From assembly GCA_038087875.1 (NCBI GenBank), contig JAXLNO010000395.1, positions 62,001 through 126,000 on the forward strand: 64,000 nucleotides of DNA. The letters run 5' to 3'. Source of the DNA: Malacoraja senta. Its lineage: Eukaryota. How positions within the stretch are numbered: position 1 is the first letter of the stretch; each line of letters opens with the position of its first letter. A model generated the notes under the pieces. The model was not told where the DNA came from, did no database searches, and saw only the letters and a program-made list of their open reading frames with translations. Position numbers and translations under genes: made by a program. Of the stretch, positions 49,318-62,234 are shown piece by piece.

Positions 49318-51165
49318 TCTATATTACTAAAAGTCTGATCTTGACCACTTCCTGTTGTACTCTATATTGATTTTAGAAAACATGCTGCCACTTACGGCTG
49401 TGATTTTTGGCCATCTTACTCAGAGTCCCCCTCCGCTGCGCAAGACAAGAGGATTTTTCCCATCGATGAAAAATAAAAGAATTATTAGCATTTGAAAAAT
49501 GTTGAGATTCTCTCTCCTGAAGGCCACGCCACTTCCGGAGGGACTATAAAACCCGGAAGTGTGGAGGTGCCTCAGTTCTCTGCAAGATGGGGGAGCGAGA
49601 GGTTGCAATTCTCAGTCTGATCTGTGAATAACACTGAACATATGTCTACTAAACTGTGAGTGGTTTTACTGACCTGTCAGTGCCCTTAATGTGGTTTGAA
49701 AATGTAGTTTGAAAATGGAAAAGTGTGTTGTGGTTTGAAAGTGCTAAAGCTGTGTTGCCTTTGGTTTTGAAAGTGCTAAAGCAAGCTGTCTTGCCTTCGG
49801 TTTTGAAAGTGCTAAAGCAAGCTGTCTTGCCTTTGGTTCTGAAAGTGCTAAAGCAAGCTGTCTTGCCTTTGGTTCTGAAAGTGCTAAAGCAAGCTGCCTT
49901 GCCTTTGGTTTTGAAAGTGCTAAAGCAAACTGACTTGCCTTTGGTTTTGAAAGTGCTAAAGCAAGCTGCTTTGCCTTTGGTTTTGAAAGTGCTAAAGCAA
50001 GCTGTGTTGCCTTTGGTTTTGAAAGTGCTAAAGCAAGCTGTCTTGCCTTTGGTTTTGAAAGTGCTAAAGCAAACTGTGTTGCCTTTGGTTTTGAAAGTGC
50101 TAAAGCAAACTGTGTTGCCGTTGGTTTTGAAAGTGCTGAAGCAAGCTGTGTTGCCTTTGGTTTTGAAAGTGCTAAAGCAAGCTGCGTTGCCTTTGGTTTT
50201 GAAAGTGCTAAAGCAAGCTGCCTTGCCTTTGGTTTTGAAAGTGCTAAAGCAAGCTGTCTTGCCTTTGGTTTTGAAAGTGCTAAAGCAAGCTGCCATGCCT
50301 TTGGTTTTGAAAGTGCTAAAGCAAGCTGCCTTGCCTTTGGTTTTGAAAGTGCTTAAGCAAGTTGCGTTGCCTTTGGTTTTGAAAGTGTGAAAGTAAGCTG
50401 CGTTGCCTTTGGTTTTGAAAGTGCTAAAGCGAGCTGCCTTGCCTAATTAGAGCTGGCTTGCCTTCTATATAATAAAATGTCTAATCTTGACCACATCCTG
50501 TTTGTGCTTTATATTGATGTTAGAAAAAAACGCTACCACATACGGCTGTGATGTTTGGCCATCTTACTCTGAGCCCCCCTCCACTCATCAGGTGCTGAGG
50601 ATTTTTACCATTGATGAAAAATAAAATAGTTATTAGTGTTTAAAAAATGTTGAGATTCTCTCTCCAGTCAATCATGCCATGAAGGCCACGCCCCTTCTGG
50701 TGGGAGGGGGAGGGACTATAAAACCTGGAAGTGTGGGCGTGGCTCAGTCTCTGGAAGATGGGGGAGGGAGAGGTCATGACTCGCTGTCTTTAGTGGCCTT
50801 GCACCCTGCTTGAAATGGTATGAAACTCCACTTGAATTTGGTGCCCTTGCACCCTGCTTGAAATGGAATTTCAAGGAATAGCCGTGAGTCAACTGCTGCC
50901 CACCAGCCGTGAGTGAGTGAGCTGCCAGCACAACAGGCTTGAGTGATTGAGCCGCCAGCGCAAGAATCCATTCAGCCCACAATGTCCATAATAGCCCTCT
51001 GGAATCTAGTCCCTTCAGCGCACAACACCCATACTAGTGCAGCAGAACCCCCCCCCCCCGCCCCAATGGCCACCAATATTGGAATTGGTGGAGAGGTGGA
51101 ATATTGAGTTGGGGGACCAGCCCTCCCGTGTGATGCTGGGACCCAACGGGTCCCACTTAGTCTAG
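49318..51165 (+). mobile_element. Non-autonomous Helitron
   Basis: 5' end A|TCTATATTACTAAAA. 3' end has hairpin GGGACCC-AAC-GGGTCCC then ACTTAGTCTAG|T. No TSD or TIR. Confidence 0.85.
49730..50443. repeat. 36-bp minisatellite, ~19-20 copies
   Basis: Unit approx. GCCTTTGGTTTTGAAAGTGCTAAAGCAAGCTGTCTT. It explains the repetitive ORFs on both strands. Confidence 0.97.
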
Positions 51166-51564
51166 TTATAACTAAAATTCTCATCTTGACCACTTCTGGT
51201 TTGCGTTTTTTTAATTTGCGCGAAAACAGTAATATATATCGGTCGGATTTTTTCGTCAGCTTACTCACCGTTCTCCTCTGCTCCAAGTGCACCATGTTTT
51301 GTTCCGATCGGTGACATATTAGAAAAGTTATGAAGGTTTAAAAAATCGTGAGATCAGCAGATTGGTCTTGTCGCCTGTCAATCACCATGAAGGTACAGCC
51401 CCTTCCAGCACCCATGGAGAATAAAACCCCAGAGGCAGAGCTGAGTCCATGAGCAGCATACGGGCAGAGAGCCTTTGAGTGAAGTTGGAGTGGGACTGGG
51501 AGCTGTGCGTGAGTCCAAAAGCTGAAGATGCGGGGTGAGCAGAGTGCGAGCTGCGCCTGCATTA

Positions 51565-51770
51565 ACCACACCCCCTTCCCACATCCCCCTTCCCACATCC
51601 CCCTTCCCACATCCCCCCACCTCCCCTTCCCCACCCTCTCCTTTCCCACCCATCCCTTCCCCCACCCCCATTTCCCCCACCCTCCCCTTCCCCCATCCCT
51701 CCTCCCCCCACCCCTCCTCCCCCCACCCCTCCTCCCCCACAACCCCCACATCCCCACACTCCCACATTCC
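51565..51770. repeat. C-rich low-complexity tract (G-runs on minus strand)
   Basis: Repeated CCCC(C)TTCCCACAT and CCCCTCCTCCCCCCA units. Confidence 0.9.
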
Positions 51771-52184
51771 AGAACAGCCTACCATGCAGAGCCTTGTCAA
51801 ATGCCTTGCTGAACTCCATAAGACAACATTTACAACTTGCCATCATCAAACCTTTTGGTTACTTCTTCAAAAAAATCTGAATCGCAGGACACGATCTCCC
51901 ATGCACAAAATCATGCTGACTATTCCTAATCTGCACCTGTCTATCCAATTGCATATATATCTTATCCCTCAAAATCCTCTCAATTAACTTTCCAACCACT
52001 GATGTTAAGTTCACGAGTCTATAGTCCTGGGCATTTCCTTGCAACTTTTCTTAAATAGGGGAACAATATTTGCTGCCCTCCAGTATTCCATATATCTCGG
52101 CTAGCGCTTCTGCAATTTATTATCTAGCTTCCCACAGTGTGCTTGAATATATCTGATCAGGCCTGTCAGATTTATTACATACAT

Positions 52185-55100
52185 ATTTGTTTTTATTTTT
52201 TATTTTTTATTTTATTAGAAGTAAGTACAGTAATATGGCACCAAGGTGCTTAATATATATTGCCATGTTACATTTTATCTACAAATTCTTTTTTAAAATA
52301 ATGAAAGAGAGAAATAGAGAATAGATAATAAAAGATAGAAAAACATGTGATATATGGTGTGTGAAAAGGAACAAGGGGGGAAAGAGGGAAAGTGAAGAAA
52401 AGAAAAGGAGAGAGAAAGAGAAAGAGTAGAGTAGGAAATTAAGGAGATCGTTATTTATATTCTTGACCATCCTTCACACAGTCCTCAAACAGTTGGTTTC
52501 TACGATTTTGTTGCTTCCAAAAAGTTGATAAATGGAGACGAACTCGTTAATAATTGGTCTGATTTATCCAACATGTTTGAAATCCACATTTTAAGCGTTG
52601 GTATGGGTGTATTTTTCCAAAATTTAAGTACAAGTTTTTTTGCCGTTATTAACCCGTAATTAAAAAATGAATTTTGAAATGTGTTCAATTTGTTCCCGTC
52701 TTCCGTTACTCCAAATATAATCATTTCAGTGTTAGGTTCCATTTTTATCTTGAATAATTTTGTAAATATTTCAAAGATATCGCTCCAGAATTTATAAAGT
52801 TTTATGCAGGAAACAAAAGAGTGTGTTATAGTGGCATTTTGAGATAAACATTTATCACAAAAGGGGGAAGTATTTGGATAGAATTTATTCAGTCTAGTTT
52901 TTGAATAATATAATCTATGTAAAATTTTAAATTGAATTAAGTTATGTCTTACATTAATCGAACATGTGTATATATATCAAATACTTTTCCCATGTTTCTT
53001 TTGTGATTTTTAGCATTAATTCTCATTCCCAATCTTCTCTAAGTGCCTCTGTCGATGGTAGTTCTATATTTAAAAGACTATTATATATATATGATATTAA
53101 TTTCTGTGAGTCAGCCTTAATATTCATTGCTTCTTCCAGTGGGTCTAAAGTTATATTTTGGTGTCTTTGTATGTGTTTCTTCATGAAGTCACAGATCTGA
53201 AGATATTTAAAATATTGGTTATTTTTCAGCTTAAATTTTAATTGTAAGATTGGAATGATAACAGATTTCCCATTTCATACATATCACCGATCCTTTTAAT
53301 TCCCATTCTTTCCCATTGATTATGTTTTATCAATAAGAGATGGTTTAAATGAAGGATTATTCACTATTGGCATTAACAATAATAGGTTTCTTAATTTTAA
53401 AGATAATTTTATTTGTTTCCAAATTCTTATTGTATTATGTATAATTGGGTTATTCTTATATATTGTGTTGTTCAGTTTTATCGGGGAGAAGAGGATCGGT
53501 CCTATATTACAAGGAGAACAATCCTCTTTCTCCATTCTTATCCATTCTGTCTGTTGGGTTGGACTGTCCAACCAATAAATTATATTTTTAATATGCACTG
53601 CCCAGTAATAATACAAAAAGTTCGGAAGTGAAAGTCCCCCCAGCGTCTTTGGGTTTACACAGGTGTTTTCTTTGAATTCTATGTGATCTGTAGTCCCAAA
53701 TAAAATTTGTAATATTAGAGTCTAGTTTTTTGAAAACGTTTTTTGGTATATATAATGGTATAGATTGAAATAGGTATAATATTTGTGGTAAAAATATCAT
53801 TTTATATAGTTTATTCTGCCTATTAATGACAACGGAAGTGTTTTCCAAAATTTAATAAATGCGTTCAGTTTATTTAATAAAGGCATAAAATTAGCATTAA
53901 ATAATGCTTTGTATTTTCTAGTAATTTGAATACCCAAATACTTAAATTTTTCTGTTGTAATTTTAAAGGGGAATTTTAATAGGTGTGTAGATTGCTGAGG
54001 TTTTAACGTCATGATTTCACTTTTATTCCAATTTATTCTATATCCAGAAAAGAACCGAATTCCTCTATTAAATTTAATAAGTTTGGTATGCTCGTTTGTG
54101 AATTTGTAATGTATAGAAGTTTATCGTCTGCGTATAATGACATTTTATTATTTGAGTCCTTAGTATTATATCCCCGAATATTCGGATGAGTTCTTATACT
54201 CTCAGCCATGGGCTCTATCATAAGGGCAAATAGCAGGGGTGATAAAGCACATCCCTGCCTATTGCCCCTCGATAATTGAAATTTTGTAGATAACATATTA
54301 TTAGTTAATATTCTTGCCGTCGGTTTATCATATAATAATTTTACCCATACAATAAAATTCTCTCCCATATTAAATTTTTGCAGTACTTTATATAAATACT
54401 GCCACACTACCTGATCAAATGCTTTCTCTGCGTCCATAGAAACAATTGATATATCTTCTTCCTCTGTTTTATGTGAGTACATTATATTAAACAGGTGTCA
54501 CAAATTATTAAATGAATGTCTTTTGGGTATAAACCCCGTTTGATCTGGATTTATTAATTTACTAATGTATTTACTCAATCTTCTTGCTAAAGACTTTGCT
54601 AAAAATTTCTGATCTGTATTTAAGAGTGATACAGCTATATATGAGGCCGGTTCTTCTAAATCTTTATCTTTTTTTGGTATAAGCGTAATAGTTGATTCAG
54701 CTAATGTTTCTGGTAGTTTATTTTCATTAAAGGCGTGAGCATATAATTTAAGTAAACGTGGAGCCGTTATCTCGTGAAATCAATATTGCTAAAACAATCT
54801 GGTCCAGGCGTCTTACCATTTTTCAACGATTTTATTGTTTCTCCTATTTCTTCAAGTGTAATCTGAGCTCCTAATTCCTCTTGTTCCAAGAGGTCAAGTT
54901 TTGGAAGATTACAGTTATCTAAAAAAATTATAATTTTACTATCTTCTATTTTAGTTTTAGATGTATATAGATTTGATAAAGTTGAGCAAATCTTTTGTTA
55001 ATATCCTTAGGTAATGTTAGTAATTCACCTTTCTCTGATTTAATTTTAGTGATAGTATTTTCCTTTTCTTGTTTTTTCAATTGACGAGCTAAGAGTTTAT

Positions 55101-58100
55101 GTGGCTTATCACCAAATTCAAAATGTTCCTGTTTTGTAATTTGGAATAATCTTACTACTCTTGCCGATAAAATTCGATTAAGTTTACATTTCAATAGTAT
55201 TATATTATTATGTTTATCTGTAGTTGGATCTTTGGCATTATCTAACTCTAATTGTCTAATTTCTTGTTCTAACATCAGTTGTTCTGTCTTATTCTTTTTA
55301 TTTTGGAAGATTTGATATGAGATTATAACTCTGATAAATGCCTTGAAAGTTTCCCATAATAAAGAAGGTGAAATACCTGGTGTATCATTTGTCTCAAAAA
55401 AAAATTTCATTTGTTGTTTTAAATATTTATAACCTTGTGGGTTGTTTAAGATTTGTGTGTTAAACCTCCAGAAAGATTTTTTACCCGGCACTCCCTCAAA
55501 TTTTAATAGAAAAGTCAATGGGGAATGATCGGAAATAATACTATTGTGGTATTTAGGATTGATTGTATATGGAATTAATTTTGTATCCTATAAGAAATAA
55601 TCAATTCGTGAATAAGTTTTATGTACCGATGAGTAAAACGAATATTCCCTTCCAGTTGGGTTAGCAGTTCTCCATACATCTGTTATATTAGTATTTTTTA
55701 TATATGTATTTAGAAGTTCACTAGTCTTAGATTTTAAGTTACCCCTCCTTTGTTTTACTGCTTTGTCTAAATATGGGTCTAAAATGCAATTGAAGTCCCC
55801 CCCTATTATTACATTTTGGTAATTAAACTCTGATATTATATCCATAATTTAATTTAAAAATTGGGGGTTATCAAAATTCGGAGCGTACATATTTATCATA
55901 GTCAGTGGGGTGGAATATATTTCTCCCGAAACTATAATGTACCTTCCCTCTTTATCTGATATAGTATTCTTTAATTTAAATGGTATACCTTTTCGAATGA
56001 TAATAGCCGTACCTCTAGATTTAGAAGGAAATGAAGAATAATATGTTTGACCTGTCCAGTTTGCCTTCAATCTCATCTGTGTTTGTTGTTTCATATGTGT
56101 TTCCTGCAAAAACATGATGTCAGAATTTAATGATTTTAATTGGGCAAAAATCTTGCCCCTCTTAATTGGTTCATTGGCACCCCTTATATTCCAACTGCAG
56201 AATGTAATTCCTCCGTTCTTTATTTGTCTATCATCTTGCATTATAGATCAGTTTAGTATTTTTGATTCATATGGTGCAACCAAATACCTCAGAACTCTAG
56301 GTGTTGGGTGGTCGTCCTGAACTTTTAAATTTATGTTACATCTCCTTCCTCTATAGTACCTTAATAAGAAAAAAAAGAAAGAATGTGTTGTGATATTAAT
56401 TTAAAAAATAACAAATAAGAGTCATGATAGTGATTTTAAAAAAAGGTGTTGTTAAGGTATCTAAGAGAAGATACCTTAAAAATGAGAAGCCACCTAAGGT
56501 GGGGGAAAAATTTGTGGACTTCCGTTGATGTTATTGTACATTGAGCTCTATCCCCTTAACAGAGTCTCATGAAAGGCTGCGGGCCGTTTCATATATATAT
56601 ATATTTTTTTTAATTTATCCAACCAGAGCAGATAAAAACAGAAAAGACTTCAGAAAGAGAGGGGGGAAAAAAACAAAAAACAAAACAAAACGTATGTTCA
56701 ATTCTATAAGTATATATGCATTTCCAATTTATCTAGCATTAATCTGTTCTAAACTTTACCATATGTAAATTATACATTATCCACCCAAAGTTATTACATT
56801 ATATCCCATTCTTTATCTTAAGTACAAGCAGGTTCTAAGGGGTTAAACAGAGCCAAGCATCTGGATCTCTTCCAAGTGTATGATGCTCCTCCCTCCTTCG
56901 CACACGGTTATATTATGTTAGTATTATTATGAACATTTTAGTTAATTACTATATACTAGTATATATCATCAATATTAGTTCATGTCCCTTAAACTAGGTT
57001 AAAATTATTTAATACATTTTGTATACACTCCCCTTATCCCCCCCCCCGCTCCGTGGGTTATTCATATTTACAGCTTACATTAAAAGATGATTAGTATTAT
57101 TAAGTTTGTTAGATTAATTGATTATTTAATATTAATATATAATAATTAAAGATTTTCTTAAATCAACAGATTTTTATATTCCAGTCCGTTTATGTTTCTT
57201 TCCATGTCCCTCAATTTTAATTCTGTATCTTCGACTTCCTTTTGTTTATCTTTAAGTTTTCCATTCAAGGTGAAACATGGACTCTACGCTCGAAAACACA
57301 TTCCAGACAGATAAGCATGTCTGGTAACTGTCTGGAAAAGTTCCGCCATCTTAATTAGAGCAAAGTCTTATATTAAAAAGTTTAATCTTCATCTTCCTCC
57401 TCTGTTTTCTTTACGATATCTTGTACGTAATTAAATGCCAGTTCTGGATCCGTGAAGGAGCGTTCAATAGAATTATAAGTAATCTTCATTTTTGCAGGAT
57501 ATATCACCCCATATCTCACCTTGGGGTTTCCTTTCAGAATATTTCTTGTCTTTGTAAACAAGATCCTTTTTTGGACGACTTCAGGGGGATAATCACAGAA
57601 GAATCTGATATTATCCACGGAATATGTAAGATTCACCCCATGGGGAATCATCTTCAATATATTTTCCAGTGTAGAGATGTCGAGAAATTTCACTATCATC
57701 TGTCTTGGGGGAGCATTTGGTCCTTTTTGAAAATGTCCAACCCGGTGAGCCACATCTATTCTCGGGTTTTCCGGCAGTTCAAAAACTTCTTTAAGTAAGT
57801 CGGCAACGAAATTACATGTTTGAGTTCCACGCTCTCGTCCCTCCTGTACTCCAACAATTCATAAATTCTGCCTTCTTGACCTCGCTTCCAAGTCCAGACA
57901 TTTATCAGTCATTTTAACAAGTTGCTCCCCAGCAGATTCTTGTACTTTGCTCAGACTCGTTATTTTCTGAGCCATCTCTTTCATTACAGTCTCCATATCT
58001 TCCATCAGCTTATCAGACTTTTTCATATTCTCACACATCTTCTCAAATTTCTTATTATAGTCTTTTTCCATTCTGGCACATTCTTCCGTTGACTTTTTAT

Positions 58101-58623
58101 CAACCTCCTTAAACTGCTTCTTCAAAGAGTTGTACAGCTCCTTTAATTCACCACAAGCAGTCTCAATTTTTTTAGAAAGATTAATCTCCATTTTAGAGCG
58201 ATTATTCTCCAATGTAGTATTCATGTCCGCTATCATTTGGGAAAAGTCCTTAGTAAGACTGCTTCTTACCGTCTGTTCCCATTGCTTCATCTCCTTCTCC
58301 TTTATCTCTCCTTTTGAAGCCATTTCAGACACAGATCATTGAGAGTCAGGCTCTTCTTCTGAGCTTTCTGCTGTCGATTGCAGAGTTTGCAGAACTTCCT
58401 GAAGATGGAGACTGATAGTAGTTTTCTTGGGTCCCCGTGGACGTTTCCCTTTGCTCATTTAAAACTCCCATTAACCTCCAATTTTTCACGGCGATTTCTG
58501 ATGACGTCACTTATGCGACGCCAAACAGCTCCAGTGAGTTTTTTTAAAATCGGTCCCGTCTTTCAAAACGGCTTTTTCGCGATTTTAGCGGGAGCAGAGC
58601 TCAATGCTGCGCCCTTACAGTCC
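52185..58623 (-). mobile_element. Full-length L1-clade LINE (decayed)
   Basis: CpG-containing 5' UTR at ~58623-58333, ORF1 58332-57382 (coiled coil, LEARSRRQNL, AHRVG, YPAKMKI), ~1.1-kb spacer, ORF2 56241-52500 in frameshifted pieces, and an A-rich tail at ~52185-52216. Possible TSD TACATACA (52176-52183 / 58631-58638). Confidence 0.93.
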
Positions 58624-58639
58624 ATACCCATACATACAA

Positions 58640-59070
58640 GGTCATAAGTGATAGGAGAAAAATTAGGCCATTTGGCCCATCAAGTTTACTCTGCCATTCA
58701 ATCATGGCAGATCTATCTCTCCCTCCTAACCCCATTCTTGTCACTTCTCCCCATAACTCCTGACACCTGTACTAATCTAGAATCTATCTATCTCTGCCAT
58801 AAAAATATCCACTGACTTGGCCTCCACAACCTTTTGTGGCAAAGAATTCCACAGATTCATCACCCTCTGACTAAAGAAATACACCTCATCTCCTTCTTAA
58901 AGGAATGTCCTTTAATTCTGAGGCTATGACTGGTCCTAAACCCCCCCCAATACTGGAAACATCCTCTCCACATCCACTCTATCCCAGCCTTTCAGTATTC
59001 GATAAGTTTCAATGAGGTCTCCCCTCGTCCTTCTAAACTCCAGGAAGTGCAGGCCCAGTGCCATCAAACA
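58640..59070 (-). mobile_element. Older CR1 3' fragment
   Basis: LEFRRTRGDLIETYRILKGWDRVDVERMFP followed by a CR1 3' UTR. Confidence 0.8.
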
Positions 59071-59688
59071 CTTATTCTGCCTTAGGACATGCAACACCTC
59101 CTCCACCATAATATGGACTGTCCTCAAGAAATAGACTGACACAACCTTTTGAAATTTCACATAGCAATATATCAAGAGCTGCTTTTATCTGGCAAAGCAT
59201 TATTATTTTTTCAGGGAAAATCTTGGAATGCAAATACATCCTGGAAGACAATGATTACCTACCAGGTAGATATGGCTAGAGACCAATTGCTGGTAAATGG
59301 GATTATTAGATTTGTGTATGATGGTTGGCATGGACATGTTGTGCCAAAGTGACCATTTCTGTGTTGTATGACTCTATGTATATCTTTCAGACTTATTTCT
59401 GAATAATCAACTGCCTTCACAAACCCACTTCCTTTGTCTCCTACTCCCTCACTTTCAATGATGTAAAAGCAATTCACAGATTTACGTAATAAAATGATTG
59501 AGACCATTCTCTCAATTATCTCTGAGAACTCCCTTTGTGTCTTTAGCTGGCCAAGCCAGAATTCTAAGACTCCATCTATCCCAAGCCCTGAATTTTACTG
59601 TCTTAATTCATCTCCCTCTATTTACTTTCTGTTGTGTAGACCAGTTCTACTTAACAAACATTTACTGTCCTCTCTTACAACAGAACTT

Positions 59689-60757
59689 AGAAACATAGAA
59701 ACATAAACATAGAAAATAAGTGCAGGAGTAGGCCATTCGGCCCTTCGAGCCAGCACCGCCATTCAATATGATCATAGAAACATAGAAAATAGGTGCAGGA
59801 GTAGGCCATTCGGCCCTTCATGCCTGCACCGCCATTCAATATGATCATGGCTGATCATCCAACTCAGTATCCTGTACCTGCCTTCTCTCCATATCCCCTG
59901 ATCCCTTTAGCCACAAGGGACACATCTAACTCCCTCTTAAATATAGCCAATGAATTGGCCTCAACTACCTTCTGTGGCAGAGAATTCCACAGATTCACCA
60001 CTCTCTGTGTAAAAAAATATTTTCTCATCTCGGTCCTAAAAGACTTCCCCCTTATCCTTAAACTGTGACCCCTTGTTCTGTACTTCCCCAACATCGGGAA
60101 TAATCTTCCTGCATCTAGCCTGTCCAACCCCTTAAGAATGTTGTAAGTTTCTATAAGATCCCCCCTCAATCTTCTAAATTCTAGCGAGTACAAGCCGAGT
60201 CTATCCAGTCTTTCTTCATATGAAAGTCCTGCCATCCCAGGAATCAGTCTGGTGAACCTTCTCTGTACTCTCTCTATGGCAAGAATGTCTTTCCTCAGAT
60301 TAGGAGACCAAAACTGTACACAATACTCCAGGTGTGGTCTCACCAAAACCCTGTACAACTGCAGTAGAACCTCCCTGCTCCTATACTCAAATCATTTTGC
60401 TATGAATGCTAACATACCATTTGCTTTCTTCACTGCCTGCTGCACCTGCAAGCCTACTTTCAATGACTGGTGTACCATGACACCCAGGTCTCGTTGCATC
60501 TCCCCTTTTCCTAATCGGCCACCATTCAGCTAATAGTCTACTTTCCTGTTTTTGCCACCAAAGTGGATAACCTCACATTTATCCACATTATACTGCATCT
60601 GCCATGCATTTGCCCACTCACCCAACCTATCCAAGTCACCTTGCATCCTCCTAGCATCCTCCTCACAGCTAACACTGCCCCCCAGCTTTGTGTCATCCGC
60701 AAACTTGGAGATGTTGCATTCAATTCCCTCAACCAGATCATTAATATATATTGTAAA
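59689..60757 (-). mobile_element. CR1 LINE 3' fragment with doubled tail
   Basis: RT C-terminal ORF 60358-59864. The tail motif CATAGAAA...GTGCAGGAGTAGGCCATTCGGCCC occurs at both ~59690 and ~59773. Confidence 0.93.
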
Positions 60758-61904
60758 TTCATGGGTTCATTGAATGGTGGTGCTGCTTTCTGACCTGTTC
60801 CTGCTTTCTCCCCATATCCCCATTAGCCTTCTTGTCATAGCTTAAGTCAACCTTGGTCACCACCCTATCACAGACACTCTCCTTGTTCTCATTATCTCTT
60901 CCCCTCAAAGCAACTGTTTTCTCACTATTCCTGTTCTAATGAAAGCTTACTGACCTCAAATTACACTATTCCAATCTCCACAAATGCCTTCTGGCCTGCC
61001 AAATATCTCAAGCATTTTCCTTGTTTATTGCAGACTTCCAGCATCTGCAAATTTGTTGCTTTTAATTTTCTTAGCATATATATTTGTTCTACAAATTATT
61101 CTTTGATCAACTTAACATGATGTGGTTGATTAATACTGCTGAAAATGAAAGTATCACAATAAATAAGCACTCTTAAACAGAGGCTACCCACTACCAATGA
61201 AATCCATTTAAAAGTCAATTATCATTCAAATCTGTTGAAAACAATCAATGCAAACAAAACCAAGATAGTTCCTGAGGCAATTTAATTATCCTTTTTTATG
61301 GAACATTAGATAAACTAAACTAAACTAAACTAATTTTTGCAAAGGATGAATAAGTGCTTAAAAGTGAACAACAATACTCTCCTTAGTTATTCACTGCATA
61401 CAGAGAGCCAGAAGCTCTGTTGGGTCCAATAAATTATCGTTTATCTCAGTAATGTTTCAGTACCCAAGGCAATGAAAGCGTGGCCAATAAAAATCACTTT
61501 GGGTACAATTCAAAACACAAAGCTTTTAGCACAGACCCCTATAGTATGATAAAGACTAAATTAGTAATGGAGTCCCAGTATTTACAATATACTTTTTTAT
61601 CAGGCTCCTGTAAAAAAGAGCCACCTCTCGTGCCGTGAACTTTGGTCTTGTTGCATTCTCATGAGCGGCCACCTCCAACAGTACACAAAGTGCTGTCAGT
61701 GTTAGAGATGAGAATGGTCATACGGGAATCCTGCACCACACACCTTCCTCTACTCTCCCTGATGGTCACCCATTCTCTTCCTGACTGTGCAAACTTCACC
61801 TGCAGCCGGTTAAACGAGTTATCCATGTGCAGCTCAGATGATCCACAGAGAATCCATCCATAGATCCAACTCCATACAGTGGTTCACCAATGGCTGCAGT
61901 TACA

Positions 61905-62115
61905 GTATGATATGATACGATAGAAATTTATTAATCCCAGCTGGAGCATCTTCCCCTCCAAGACCAAACCCAATGAATCCAACTCCACCCCAGGATGGAG
62001 CCAGCCTTCTTGATGAGGTTGTTAATTCTGATGGTGCTTGTGGCCTTCGCCCAGCTAACCCAGCATGTGACAGTGAAGAAGATGGCACTGGCCACCACCA
62101 ATTGATAGAACCATT
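61905..62115 (-). mobile_element. Old Rex/Babar-like LINE 3' fragment
   Basis: Minus strand resembles FYQLVVASAIFFTVTCWV...RINNLIKKAGSILGWSW, followed by an AATAAA and a short repeat tail. Confidence 0.55.
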
Positions 62116-62234
62116 AGATTTATTAGCTACATGCATGGTCTCCACAGACCACGGCTGTGCTCCTAACTTCGCATATTGAACAGGGGGAGTACTTTCAGTC
62201 TGAAGAAGGGTCGTGAACCAAAACGTCACCCATT

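Noticed and set aside
49649..50390. 215-aa and 221-aa repetitive ORFs as proteins
   Set aside because: They are a by-product of a stop-free 36-bp unit, with no gene structure.
49730..50443. CRISPR-like array of 36-bp repeats
   Set aside because: Units are head-to-tail with no unique spacers, there are no cas genes, and the context is eukaryotic. It is a minisatellite.
51338..51987. Gly-rich and Pro-rich ORFs
   Set aside because: These are translations of the low-complexity C-rich tract.
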